Assembly: GCA_040182905.1 (NCBI GenBank)
Contig: JARQWU010000008.1
Location: 1-64,000, forward strand
Direction: 5' to 3'
Length of the DNA: 64,000 nt
From: Barthelona sp. PAP020
Lineage: Eukaryota
Positions 14,101 through 29,100 of the stretch are shown piece by piece. Position 1 is the stretch's first letter. Each line of letters begins with the position of its first letter. Position numbers and translations under genes: made by a program. Below the pieces are notes generated by a model that did no database searches, was not told the DNA's origin, and was given only the letters and a program-made list of their open reading frames with translations.

Positions 14101-17100
14101 GGGTGATTGTCCTGTTCCTTTAGCGGACAACCCTTCACAACGTTGTTCATTCAGTTCAGATGATCCCAGGTCTTTGATTCCTCATGCTATTTGTAGTATA
14201 CCTGGGGGACGTTTTCAAGGCACTTATATGGATTCTAAGTACCTTAAGAACATTTATTATGAAAGTGTTCCGGGTAGGCCACATGATAATAACAGATTAT
14301 ATCCAATCTTTTTGTCTACTGCACATGTGTATGTGATGAACAATGCTATTTTTAATTTAACTAATCTTGAAGCTGTTTTTAATTGTAATGTATCTATTAT
14401 TGGATCTATGTATGGTTTGAGACCAATTATCTTTAATTCTAATGTCTTTGGATATAAAGGAGGGAAATTTTCTTTCAATGATGTGTATTTTTACGGTAAT
14501 TTAGGTTCTCCTGATAGCAATCTTGATACATTTGCTGAAAAGCATTTTCAAATTGCAAATCATAACGAAACAATAATTACAGAATGGAAATATACACTTC
14601 AAAAATTACCCGTTTATTGTGGTTCTTCATGCACCTATTATTATTACATCAATGAAAACGTTTACGTTTCTGATTATGTTGTCCTTCCCATTATTTCCAT
14701 GGAAGCAGACTCAGTGTTAAGTTTTGATGTTGCTGATTTGGCAAGTGGTCGTTTAATCTTCCAAGAAAATTCAATCGCTTCATTCAATCAACTGATTCAG
14801 CAAGATGGTTTGGTTGTTTTTATGCCTGGATCAAAAGTTTCTGATTTGGAAAGAATTAAGATTGTCAATGGAAATCTAAAGCTGGGTATTCATTTGTTCG
14901 TTAATAAATTAGAATTTATTGGGGGAAATATACTATCATACAGCAACAATGAAGGTACCTTAACTATATATGAAGAATTTTTGTGGTATGGAGGAGAGAT
15001 TTGTGATAGACTGACAGTTGAAGTTAAAAAGAATTTGACTTCTTCATCACCTGTGAGAAAGATAGTTCGGGACAATTCAAATCTTGTTTTGTCTGGAGGA
15101 TCTTCATTTGAAGAATCAGGACCTTTGGTTTTGATAAATTCAGCCAAGCTCACCAACAATGGTACTATGATCATCAATGGTGATACCACTTTCAAATCTG
15201 AAGGTAAATATATATCTTTTTTTGAAAATAATGGTACTATCGTTGTAAATGAACCTACTGGGTCAGTTAGTCTGTATATGCAGTTTTTAGCAACCAAATA
15301 TTCCAGCATGATATTCAATTCCGGTGATTTTTTCACTTATGAAGGTGTGAATGTTGAAGGAGGATATTTCTTCTTTAACAGAACTAAATGGTATGTTGGT
15401 TCAGTGCTATATAAGTCACCGTTTGCTGATTCAAATTCAACAGTGGTACTTAATGCCGATAAACTGGAGATGTTTGAAGGTAAAGTGTATGTTTATGTTG
15501 GTAATGTTGTAACTTTGAAAGGACAATTGTTGTTTGACAACGCCACTAAAATATTCACATATGGTGGTACTATCAATATTGAAGATGCCAACATTACGCT
15601 ATATTCACTTGATGTTAATCGTGGTTGGTTATATTTCAACGATGTTCAATTCATAAATCCGTTCATGGACTACGTGAGTCTTTTCATGGGACAAATACTT
15701 TTCAATTGCAATGAAGAGGTGGTTATTGATAAATTCATTTTCAATGAAGGTATGAGGGGTGGAAATGATGTTGTCACTATTGTAGGTTCGTTAGAATGGT
15801 ATGGTGGAACATTAGGTAAGAATAGTCGAACACAATTAAATTGCACCACGAATTTGATTGTTGATCCCGACAATCCTTTCTATTTGGAAGAAAATGCAAG
15901 ATTAATTAATCAAAATAACTTTACAGTCATGTATACCAAATTTAAAAGTGATTTAGCTGAGTTGGTGTTGTTTGACCTGATTTGTGATGAAAATGCAGGG
16001 TTTGAAAACTATGGTGTTTTGAATTTATTCACAAATAGTAGATTTCCTTTGTTGCAAAATTATGGTGAAGTTTCTGTTTATGCTAATCTAATTGTCACAT
16101 TATTTTATAATTATAATTACACCATATTTACGAGTGTTATTCAACATAATGATCAATTTAGAGTATTACAAGCCGAAGAAATTGTTTCGAAAACCATAAT
16201 TGAAGTGGAAGCAAATACCCATTTTGTTTGTGATGATTTTGAGAATCAAAATATCGTAAACGTTAACGATACTCATTTAATTATCGAAAGTGATCATTAC
16301 TTCGCAAATAATATGTATACTATGAACAGTACCATTGAAATTTCAGGTAGAGGAAGACATTATGGAAATTGGACTATTGATGCTGATTCAAAGGTATTGT
16401 TTGGAACCCCCTCAATCATATTGAAGAATGGATTTATTGATGAAGAACAAATGTTTGGTGGAACAATGAGTTCAGAAGAAGATGACAGTTTGTGGTTGAT
16501 TTTCGATGTTGAAACTTTTATCATTGTTGAAGGATTGATGTTTTTCAATGAAGGTTCGAAAATCATAATATTAGGTGAATTGAGTCTTTCACAAACATTG
16601 TATGTGATTAAAGGAGAGTTAGTTATCAAACAGCAAGCAACTATATATAATTTCACAAATTTACACTCTATTGAAGGGATTATTCACATTTATACCAGTG
16701 ATATAATGAATTTTAACTCAATCTACATGAATGAAGGATTGATATATTTCAGTACTGATCAAAACATCACGTGTTCAAACTTTTCTTTAATTAATGGTGA
16801 TTTTAAGACTATAAAGCCCATGAATATTTTAGATATTTTTAGTTGGATTGGTGGAGGCTTATTAAATCATACTACTTTGGTTTCACACAGTCAAACCTTT
16901 TGGTATCGTTCTAAGAACAGTTATTTAGATGTTTTTTGTGAACTATATTTACATAATTACACATTGCTTACTGCTTTAGAAGATGATTTACAGAGTTATC
17001 AAGGTGTATTATGGGGTAATGAAGGTGTTTTAATTGTTAACTATGGTATTATGGATTTAAGATTTGATGTAAGTTTGAAAGTGAATGTTTCTGAAAATAT

Positions 17101-20100
17101 GCCAGTTTTTAGTAATTATGGAGAATTTGCTATTAAACATGACATTGTGATTGAATTTATTTTGAAGAACTTTAATCTAATGACATTTGAATCAACAGAA
17201 ACTTCAATTTTTGGTGGAGGTTTCACAGTAGGCAATTTTACTTTTGTTACCTCGGTTGTTTTTTATGTTAAACATGATTTTCATTTCAATTCTACTTCAA
17301 TTTGGAATGCAAAAGAAGGAACAATACATTTTTACAACTCATCTCGATTACATGTTAAAGGATACCTTGAATTTGAAAAATTGGGTCTATACGTTGCTTT
17401 AAGTGTCACAGATGATGATAAAGGACATTTTATTGTGTATAATGGTGCAAATATAACAGCAGGTAGTTCAATCTATCTTATGGGACCTAACATTACCTTT
17501 TTAGAACAATCTTCCAGCTTAAATTTTAACTTTTTTAAGTTACAAAAAGGATATGCTCACTTCAATTCAAAAATACCCGTTGTTATTGAAAAGATGATGA
17601 TAACAGGAGGTTTTAGAGCCGGTTCAGATGATATGATTGCTCATAATATCACTTGGGAACGTGGTGGGTTAGCAGGTAATGGAACAACAATTTGTGATGT
17701 CAGAGTTGATTTTGTTAATACGGTTGAAATTGCTTTGCCTCCAGGAGTTCCTGATGTAAGACCTGCATTGAATATTTGGATAATTGAGGAGGCGAAATTT
17801 GAAAATGCGGGTTATGCAGAAACCGTTTTCAAAACCAAATTTATTGGTTCTTCCAATGCATCTATTGTGAATAGTGGTATGTTCGTTTTCAATTATCCAT
17901 CAATTTGGACAACTGAAATATGGATTCAGGATCCTCAAACAGATGAATTTGAATATTTAGGACATAATATTACTCAACATAATTATCTACCCATGTTTAC
18001 AAATATTGGTAAGGGTGTTGTTACTGGTATTCCTTTATCAGGTTCATTAGAGACTGAATGGAGGTTTTTCCAAAAAAGCAATGGAAATCCAGATGATGTT
18101 CCTAAAATTTTAGCCAACATGGAGCAATTTAGCGTTTATATGGGAGGAGTGTTTTATTGTGGCATTGTTAATGTGTCCAAAGAGCTTTTATTTGACGAGG
18201 ATTTAATCTTTATGGAAGGAAGTCAATTGTTAGGTCACAATGTTGATGTTACTTTTAAGGAAGGTTCAACTGTTGTTTTCGGTGGAAATTATTGCATTAC
18301 CGGTGATGAATCAATTGTTACAGGTTTTGGAGCATTAATATTTACATCTACAGCTACTTTTTGTGAAAGTGCGCAAATCAACTCCTGTGGTTTGAACATA
18401 TCAATAGATTCAGATACAGAAATGGGATATATGCGATTGGATTGTGGTGCTCATCGTCTTGGAAATGGAAAATTGTTGGTAGATATTGTTGATTTGATAG
18501 ATGGTTATATTGATAGTGGCACTACAATTATTCAAACGCTTCGTGTAAATTCAACCAGTTTAAATCATATCATTCAAGGAGTTGACACAATTGTTGAGAT
18601 TGAAAATGGCATCGTCTTTGATGATGGTGCTTCATTGGTTTTGGAAGATAACACCCAATTGATCCTTCAGAATATGTCTGAGACAGTGCTTGTTGATTAC
18701 ACAGGAATAATGGGAAATGGAACGTTGTTTGTTTATGGAAAAGTTTACACATATAACTATGACAATAGTCAGGTTCCTTTCATTCTAAGTCAGGTAATTT
18801 TAAGTGGGTTAGTTGAGATAAAAGAAGGGAGTATTGATTTTGGAATGAAAATTGATGTTGATTCCACTGGAGAACTCATTATTGGAAATAAAGGTTCTTG
18901 GACTGTTCAAAATCAAACAATAGTTGAAGGAAAAGATATTGTTGGCAATTTCAAGATAAAGGAAAATGGCACGTTGATTGTGGAACAAGCTTTGTATTTT
19001 AATTATATGAATTTTACTACAGAGTATGTTGCAAGTGTATCACAAGGTCATATATTTTTTAGCAGTGTAAATTTTGATGCTGAATTACAATTGACAGGAA
19101 CTGTTGAAGTAAGTGTTGATTCAGATGGTTCTGTTCTAAAATATTTGGAAATGAAAGAAAGTAGCGTCTTTGCTGTCAAAAAATTCAAAGAAATCAGGCT
19201 TTTAAACACTTCCGGAGGAAATATTTATTTAAATGACAGTATCATAATCACTGAGGGTTATTTGATGAATTCAGGATTCTATGGCTTTGAAAATGTTCTT
19301 CACATTGATTTCACCTTAAAAATGTCTCATAATATGTATATCAAACAAATCACGATTATAGGAAGCTCTTCTACTGTGCTGAACATTGTTGAAAGTACTG
19401 TTGAGTGTGAAAAGGTCTATTTTGAATTAAATCAGATCATTGCAATCAACAGTACTGTATATGATAGCACAAACACATCTTTGATAAATGTAAACAATGG
19501 TATGGAGGTAATTGTTCCTGATTATAGTTGGTTCTTTTGGAATATTAAAGGACAAGTTGTAAATAATATTATCGTACATACCACCTCATCATTACATGTT
19601 GGCAATGTAATAAATGGAGAATTATCCAGTTATATGATAGCTGGAATGATTTTTTTGGAAGAATATGGATCTTTACAGACTGTTGGGGAATTAATTGCAG
19701 AAGAAGGTGTTTTGATAAAAGCTAAAGGTTCTTTGATTTTAAATGAAGGTGCTAATATTTCTTTGAATTGTTCTGTTGCGTTGTCAGGGGGTTATTTGAG
19801 GATAAATTCTACAAATCCAGTGGTTTTATTAAATATTGCTGATAATTCTTTTGGGGAAATTTCAATATCAAACATTGAGATTAAAGACTTCATTGGAATG
19901 AAAATTGGTATAAACAATGTGTTGACTTTGATGAATATTTTCAATTCAACAGTTACTAATACTATTTTCGATTTAAATCATGTGAAACTTTATTTCAATG
20001 AATCATTGTTAACAAGCATCGATCTAAACAGTTATCGTTCCAATGTTTCTTTTTCAAATGTAAATAACGACAAGCTGGTGAATTTTGTATTCAATTCCAG

Positions 20101-23100
20101 CAATGTTCTGATTGATTGTTATTTTGACAGTGTATTCAAAATCCTTGATCCAATAACAATTTCTTTGTATAATGAATCAAGAATGGTTTTATCCCATGCA
20201 ATTGATATGGCACATGCTAAATTTTTAATTGTTGATTCGACCGTTGATATTACTGAATTTATGAATCAAAACCAGAGTAAATTTTGGGAAATTGATTTTG
20301 CTTCTATGAAAGGACAAACAGCCATGTTTGTTTGTGAGTATTTGAACATTTTCAATTTTGATTTCTTTGGTGGAACAATTATTGGTGATTTCAATGTCAC
20401 AAATGTTGTTTTTGACACATTGGTTGATAAAATTTTTGAAGATGAAACAAAAATGACGGTTTGGAATTTAACCAAATGGTATGAAGGAAATATTCTTGGA
20501 AAACTTAATGCTTCCTTGGTTATTGAGCAAAATTCTTCCTTTGTGCTTGATTTCATTGAGCACAATGAAATGTTGGTGTTTGGTACACCTTCAATCATTC
20601 CTTTATTGCATTTAAAGGGTAATTTCACTTTATTTGGTCAAGTTACAATTTGGTGGAGAATGAATTTGGATTTTGGTGCTTGTGTCACCATTTTAAATAA
20701 AACACGTTCAAATGATGGCACAGATGGTGTTCTTACATCAATGGGTAACGTTACTGATATTGCATCCGATTCAAGGAGATATAATAATCCAACATCTGAT
20801 GAAGATCATGGAACCTTTGTCACCATCAATTTACCATATCCTAATTCTCATTGGCGCATTGGTGGTGGTGTATACACTGGAAATGGAACGAATATTCATG
20901 GTTCAGGACATATTACTCTGAATAATCCCAAAACTTATGTCAAAATTGATGGAATATATAATGTTAGTGGAATCTTGCGTGTTGAAGATGGATATCTAAA
21001 TTTTACAGATGCAAAGATTATATATGTAAATATTGAGTGGATTGGTGGAAAGATTGACATGGGAGAATCATATGGAGATACTGTATACATAAATGAAGTT
21101 AAAGATGGTGATATATATGAGTGGAACGATGATAATCAGATGAAACTTATTGAAATTTTGAATCAATACGACGAGTTGGTTCGTTATGGACCTTGTACTA
21201 TTGATGTTGTGAAGCATCATCATGTTTTAAATGATTCATTGACCATATTTGATCCTTTTACTGAAATTGGAGAATTATATTTGCCAGATATTCAAAATGG
21301 AACCATTATTTTCCAAAACGATGTCAATATTCATGTTGAAGAAATCAATGTGTATGGTGGTAACGTGACCTTCAAAGATGGTGCCAAAGTTGTTTTTGAT
21401 AGTTGTATCGTTGTTGATGGAGGATATGTGTTCCTTGGATCACATGCTGTTGATGGTACACCTGAAGTATATCATTGCATTGTAATAAACAAAGGCGTTT
21501 TGATATTAGACCCTACTGTTCCAACTGATCCTATTACCTCAATTCAAGAATTAACATTCAAGGATGGAAATTTGGGAACGAACGCTGTTGTTGAGTTGAG
21601 TAAAATTGTTTATTATCATGGTGGTTTCTTCATTGCCAACACTTCTTTCTTTGCAAACAACTGTGTGTTCCATATGTTTGAAGGAGAAACTAGGGCACTC
21701 AGGAAAAATTCTTCGTTGTTGTTGAAGAATTCCATGTTGTTTGCTCATCCATTGAATAGCAGTAGTTCAATTTATGAGAAATTATCAATTGAAGATTTTG
21801 CATATATTGATGTTAGCAGTAATTCAAACTTTACAGTTCTTGAAGGCATTTACACCACAATCTTTGGACAAAATGAATGTGTGACTTGTGATGTATATGA
21901 TTCTTTCGATTTTGGTCGTATCATTGTTAGTGATGGTAAAATGAATGTGGAGAATGATTTAGGTTTAAAATTGCCTTTGGATGTTAGAGAGAATGGTTCG
22001 TTTGTTGTAAATAAGACCACAACTATGTATATGCCTTCTATTATCAACGGTACAATGTATTTACACAATGATACTTCATTAATGATCAAAAGTCATGTCA
22101 TTGTTAGTGGACATGTGTTTTGCAATGAAGGAAGCAAGATAGAAATAATAGCCGGTGGTCGTTTGGATTTAATCAATGTTGATTTGCAATGTAATGTTGA
22201 GATTATTTTGTGGCAGGGTACGTTGAATATTTCCGGAACTGACGAAGTTATTCAAGGGCTGACGCTTACAACATATATTGGAGAAGCTTATATTGGCGGA
22301 AGAATTGAAAAATTTATAATGGGAACTGTTTTAGGAAGTTCATATGTTGAATTTTGCGGAATTATTTATGCTTTTAATGAACTTTTGCTTGATGCAGGTG
22401 AAGGAATTGTTCTCTTTAATAACGCCACTGAAATTCAATTTGTTGACTATGCTTTAATTAAGGTTAATGATGGAGAGTTATATTTCGAGGCACTCATGAA
22501 AGATCATGGTTCAATGATATTTGTAGAAATACATGGTGGAAGAGTTATGAATCGTCATAATTTTGAATCAGAGATCCATGAATTATCTATAGATTCTGGT
22601 GATTTTATTTCTCAACCTTTAAACACTCTTTTGATAAAAACGATTAAGCAGAATGGTGGAGAGATATTCTTTTACACATCAATAGCTATTTCTTGTGATT
22701 ATTATTTTTATGATGGAAGACTTACTGGATTTAACAGTTCGATACTTCATATCATTGATACAGCTAAGCTTCATTTTGAATCTGGGCGAGGCATCATTGG
22801 AATGACCCCTCAAGTTGATGCGCTTATCGTTGTTCAGGGTATTGTTCAATTCTATTGTAATTCAGTGTTTTTCAGTAAAAATTCGAAATTAACTACAGAT
22901 GTGAACAGTAACTTTATTATTGATAATTCTAGATATCCCTCAAAGGACATTGGGATCTATCAAAGTGTTGCGGCAGATCCAAGTCATGCACTTATTGAAT
23001 TGAATGGTCAAAGTGTCGTCTCAATGAATGGTAGAACTCTTGGATTGAATATCGATGTGCACATTTATAATGGCTCTATCATAAGTAATTCAACTGTGAT

Positions 23101-26100
23101 TTTCTTCTTTGATTATTCATCTCAAAGATATCTTCCTGTTTTGCGGTTTGTTGGTGGCATTGTTGATATTCAGCAGTCTCATATTGATATATATGACAAA
23201 ATATCTTTTGTGGATAACTCAGTTGTAACAAGTGACCCTTCTAGCAGGATCACTATTGAAAAGAATGGCTATGGTGAGATAGATAGGGTGTGGAACGTAT
23301 TTAATCTGTACGTGAAAGGAAATGTGACTATATTGTCGGAGATATATTCTTCAAATCTGTTGATGCATATTTACAAAGATGGCTTTGTTGTTTTCAACAA
23401 TTCAGCCTCGAATTCACGAATATTTAATATTTCAATCCTTAATGAAGGAAATTTAATTTTTGAAGAAGGTTCTCAGATACAAGAATGTACTTCATTACGA
23501 ACTGTTGGTGGAAACACTTATTTGAAAAACAACTCTCATATTTGGTTGAATTCTACCATTATTGAATCGATAAACAGTGGATTTATGGAAATGGAGAGAG
23601 AAACCAGTATTTATGAAACTGATAATCAATCAATCTATAGTATTTGGGTTGATGGAGGATCTAAAATTATTAACAAACATTATTCATTTGTAAGAGTTAC
23701 AAAAATATTGATATCAAATCAAGGTTGTTACATCCCCTTTTATCTGCATTTTGTTACCCATTTAATTATTGAACATGATGGTATTTTAGGCTCAAACGAT
23801 TATGACATATACGATAAAGCGAGTTACATTGATGGTTTTATGGTGTTGGAGATCGAGAATTTAACTTTGGCAAATTCTCACATTTATGGACCAAGAAACT
23901 TGATTGTATCACAACGTACAGATTTTCCAATATATTCTGATGATTTTTTATTTGAAAACGTGACTATCAATTCCTCTGAATGGTTAATCAGAAATAGAAA
24001 ATTGACTGTGCATCCAACGGTATTCGTTCACATTACTTCTTTATTTTATTCAGGTTCCAATATATCTTGCAGTTATGTAATGATGGAAGATACTGGAAAA
24101 TGGGCAAGAATCCTGATAAATAATGAAATAAACATGCAAATTGATACAGACAATATATTTTTGGGACATATTCAGTTTGAATTTAATGGCACGTTTGGTA
24201 AATTTGGAAATGTAGAATTTAACAAGGTAACTTTCAACTCAACCTCAATTGAAATTATTTCTGAGAGTGTGGTTTCTATCAATACAGGAACTTGTCAATT
24301 CATTAATAATAACTCAATTGTTGGGTCAGGTTGGATGGACTTTGTGAGTTCACAAGCCACTATCAACAGTTCAATTAACTTGCCTTCATCTGGATTCAAA
24401 TTCTCAAAATCAACAGTTGACTTTGATAAAGCTATTATTTTCGAGATGATACTTAAAATATATGATGTAGATACCACAGTAGTTATTGGAGGTTCTACAC
24501 TGGTGAACAAGATAGAAATATATGTGGATGGATTCAACAGTTATTTCGTGTATTCAGCATCTTTGACAGCTTCAGAGGAAGTGTCGATGCCAACAGTTAA
24601 AAGTATCTATTTGGCTCAAGGTCAAATAGACTTTATTGATGGTGTTACTAATTTTGAAATGACTAACATAACTGTAGCTAATCCTATTGATTCAAACAAG
24701 CCAATTATCAATTTTTATAATGGATCTTACAGTGGAAAAGCCCATAAAGTTGACCTTTATTCAGGTATTTTTCACATTTGGGAAGATATTTTATTCTTTT
24801 TTGATATGGATATGTTACTTCTAAACGAAATTTCGCTGCTCAATCACAGTGGTTCGGTTATTTTAAATGTGCAGTTATTTGTCTTAAATCATGGTTTTAG
24901 AACTGGTTCTTCCAATATTTATGCTCACAACATTACATTGTTGGCCGGATCGATGTATGGTGCCGCAGAAACGAGATCATTAGATCATTTGAATATTGAC
25001 GGTTGTAATCCTGCTTGTCTTCTCGATGATAGACACGTTCTTTCAACAGATGGCATTACGAATTTCGTGAGTGGTCAATTGAACATGGGTAAATCAACCA
25101 TTATTCACAATTTGGATAATGGTAGCTTCACTCTTGCTGGTGGTGCTATTAATCCCCTTTCAGAAGCTGTTGGAGAATATTTGCCTGTGGTGCTTAATGA
25201 TGGTTATTTCCGAAAGAGTGGTGCTGCAGATTTTGTTCTGTTGACTTCTCTGTTCAATGAATTTGATGCTACTTTTGGTATTGATGATGGTTCATTAACA
25301 ATTGGAACCGATTCTTACAATTCAGGAAATTTCACTCTCAAAAATGGAACTGAATTGAGACTTGTTGGTGAATTTGCATTTAAATCCACTTCTAATTTTA
25401 CTGGTGATGTTTTATCAACAGTTAGATTACCTGTTGCTGCTTCAAATGTCACGCTTGGTGGTGATTTTAATCATTTAGGTACAGTTGTTGTTGAAAATGG
25501 TCTTTTGACAGTTCCTGATTCTGCAAAGATTATTGAAATGCATTTAGTTGCAAAAGGAGGTGTCATGAAGTTCTTAAGTGGTTCAAAGATTCCTTACATT
25601 GAACTAATTGTTGAAGGTGGACATGTTTTATTCCTTGAGAGATGTGAAATTGATGCCATTTCTGCTGTCACTCAGTCTGGTGGTCTTGTAGAAATTTTCA
25701 AAGGTGCCAATGTCGCCATTACTGGAATGACACTTGTTTCAACTGGTGGTGAATTTAGATTAAACGATGGTGTTGGTGCTGACTTGAAGGACTCCAAATT
25801 GTCTTTGTTTGGTGGTGTTTTTAATGTTGGTGAAGAATCTGCCGTCTCATTTTCAACAGACTTGTTGGAAATTAAAAATAATGGTGCTTTCTACTTCAAT
25901 TCATCAATTCCAGTCTATATTGATACTCTATTGATTCATTCTGGTTTTGTTTCTCATAATACCACAATGTATGTTAATAATGCCACTCTTGGCAATGGTG
26001 AAATTAAACATGATGGATTTACTGAAGCAAATATCACCATCTTCATTGGTCATTTCCACATCAGGAATCCTCATCGTTATGAAGTTAATGATGAAATTAT

Positions 26101-29100
26101 CTTTGCTGGTGGTGCTCTGACATTAGGTTGTGGTTCGTCTTTGGTCATTGATGACACATGTACAATGTTTATCATTGATGCAGGTTATATCGACAGTGAG
26201 TCTTCTTGCTTTGCCAATTTGACAAATCTTGGTGTGATCAACAAACAATCAGATGGTGATTTCACTCTGTCACTTTCGTTATATAATCGACCAAGTGGTA
26301 TTGTCAACGTCAGCAATGGCGTTTTTATTATCTCAGATGATGTTGGTAACGTAACCCATGATGGTGAATGGTACTCCAGTGGATTAACGAGAAGCAAAGG
26401 TGATGTTATATTTAATGTGGGAAGTGTATTCAATGGTAATGTTGAAATAACAAATAACAGCTCATTAATAACGTATGGAACAATAAATGGAACAATAACA
26501 GTTTTGAATGGGTTGTTTGTATTGAATAATGCTTCTGCTAATATGATTGATGTAAATCTATTTGACAAAGCAGATTTTTTGAATTCTACTATAAACACAT
26601 TATGGATTCATGTAAATAGTTCAAATGTTAATACAAATGTGTTTTTCAACGAAACATTTGTGGACAGTATTTCTATTGATACTGTTGATAGCAATAACAA
26701 GTTTAATCTTGAATCAATCAATTCAATTTATAGAAGTGTTGACTCTATGGATGCTCACAAAGCTTTTATGAGTTTTTCAAAAGGACAAGTCATTTTCAAC
26801 AGTTTATTGAATATTGTGGATGTAACAATGAATTTTACTCGTTTGCAATTACACTTCAATCAGACAACGCTAGTCAGTAATACTTCACACATTTCTATCA
26901 AGGAATGTTGGAGTTTGATCGAAATTGAAGATGGGTTGTTGAGAAATTCAGTGATGGCTCTTGAAAATGACAGTTCAAATTCGTTTATTTCCAAAAAGAT
27001 ATCTTTTATAGATTCATCTTTTATTTCCAATGATGAAACTGTTTTAAATATTGATTTATTGAATGTTGTTGGTTCTAACTTTGTCTTTTCAGGTAAATTA
27101 GATGTTATTAATGTTAATGTCAGTAATTGGAAAGTAAGTTGTTCAAAAAACAATAAATGTATGATGACAATTGAAAAAGAAGGACATTTCACTGAAAAGG
27201 GCAACTTTGATTCAGTTGATTTCAGATTAAACAATGGAACGTTTGAGTTTTTGCAAAGTGTCTACACTTTTAATTCATCAAATATCACTTTGTCTGAAGG
27301 AAACATGATTATTTCTCAACCGACCATTTTCAATGGTTTAGGGAATGCTACATTATTTAATTGGGGAAATTTAACAATAAATGAGGAGTTTATTCAAAAT
27401 TTAACTGCAAACTCACATGCAGCTTTGAATATTAATGGAAGATGGTTGAATAGAGCGCCACTCAATGTTTATGGTTTCATAAATAGTTTTAGATCTGTTG
27501 TGATTGACAATTTCGTCTATCTTAATGATACTGTTGAATCAAATATGATAATTCTCGAAACCGTTAGTGAGGATTGTGAAGTGTTTGTTGATGGTACATT
27601 AGAAATTGTGCACATGATTCATCATGCAGGCACAGTAAGGTTTGCTAGTGGTGAAATTGATACTTTCATATGTGAAATTTATGATGATTTTGAGATTTCA
27701 AACTTCAACATCAGTAAATTTAACCTTACAGTTGAAAAAGCTGTTACAAGCATCATCAATAGTTCAATTTATAATTGGTTTTCATCTAATATTACTTTTG
27801 CAGAATTATTAATAAGACGTTCTGATGTGATGATTTATGAAAGTGATCATAAAATGATTAGTTCAAACGTTACTGTTCTTGATTCACAAAATGTGGTTGT
27901 TCAAGGAAATATGCCCTTTTATGATTGCAATTTAGTTGTTAATACCTCAAATGTGACTTCTGATGGACTTAATACATTGACTTTGGAAAAATCCATTGGA
28001 TCAATTCAAGCTGAGAATTTATTTGGACATTTTTCAATGAACTTAATAAATTCTACGTTAATAATGGGTACCCAACCTTTCATGCATTTTGAAAAATTAT
28101 CAGCATCCGATGATTGTGTGATAACAATGACAGGACAAGCTATTATAAATAATTTCAACTTCTCCGAGAGAGTATTGATGAATGGCACCCCACATTTAAC
28201 CATGATTAATGGTTCTGTTATTGGTGTTTTAGAATTAGTTGATGCAATGTTAATTTTATCGAATGACGTTTCGTTTTCTTATGTTCATCTTGATATGGTC
28301 AACAGTTCCATAATAAATGGTGGAAAAGATTCAGAATATGCAAATTCTTTGTTTTCATTGATTGAAGTGATTGTTGTAGGAGATGAAAATTCTACCCTTT
28401 CTAATAGGGCTTGTATAAACACATTCAAAAATGTAAGTCTCAAATTAGATGTTTTAAATGAACGTTTGTGGACGATAACACATATTTGCATTATAAATGG
28501 ATTGTTTAATAACACAAATGAATTAAACGTTGCTGGTCATCTTGATATCAATGGTTATTTTGAAAGCAATGGTATGATCATCACTGGAAATGATTCTGTC
28601 TTTAATGTTAATAGTGTTGGTCAAATGTATATCAGTGGTGGTGTTAATATTTCGGGTAGTTGCTATTGCTATGGAATTTGTGAACTTTCGAACCTGATCG
28701 GCGACTTTAACAGTGTGTACGTGAATGCTTCGTTCATCACACACAATGCCAGTGTCTCAATCAACCTTCTGGAAGTTGAAAAAGGATTTGTTCGCATTAA
28801 TAAAACAATGCTTTCTATTGACTCCCTCTTAATTCGTGAAGGAAATATGGAAAGCAATAACAGTATGTTAGCTGTGGTTAAGTCTGTGGGACAATCTTCT
28901 GTTGTTACTCATGAAGGTGAAATGATTTTTGGAAATGGATCTCACGTTTGGATTGAATCGTCTTTAGATATAATCGGACAAATTTCTATCATTTCAAAAA
29001 GTTTGAGGTTTGATTCAACAAATGTCACAATTAGATGGCTAAAAACATGTGATTGTGATGTTGTTGAAATATTACAAAGTAATTTAACGTTTACCATTGC

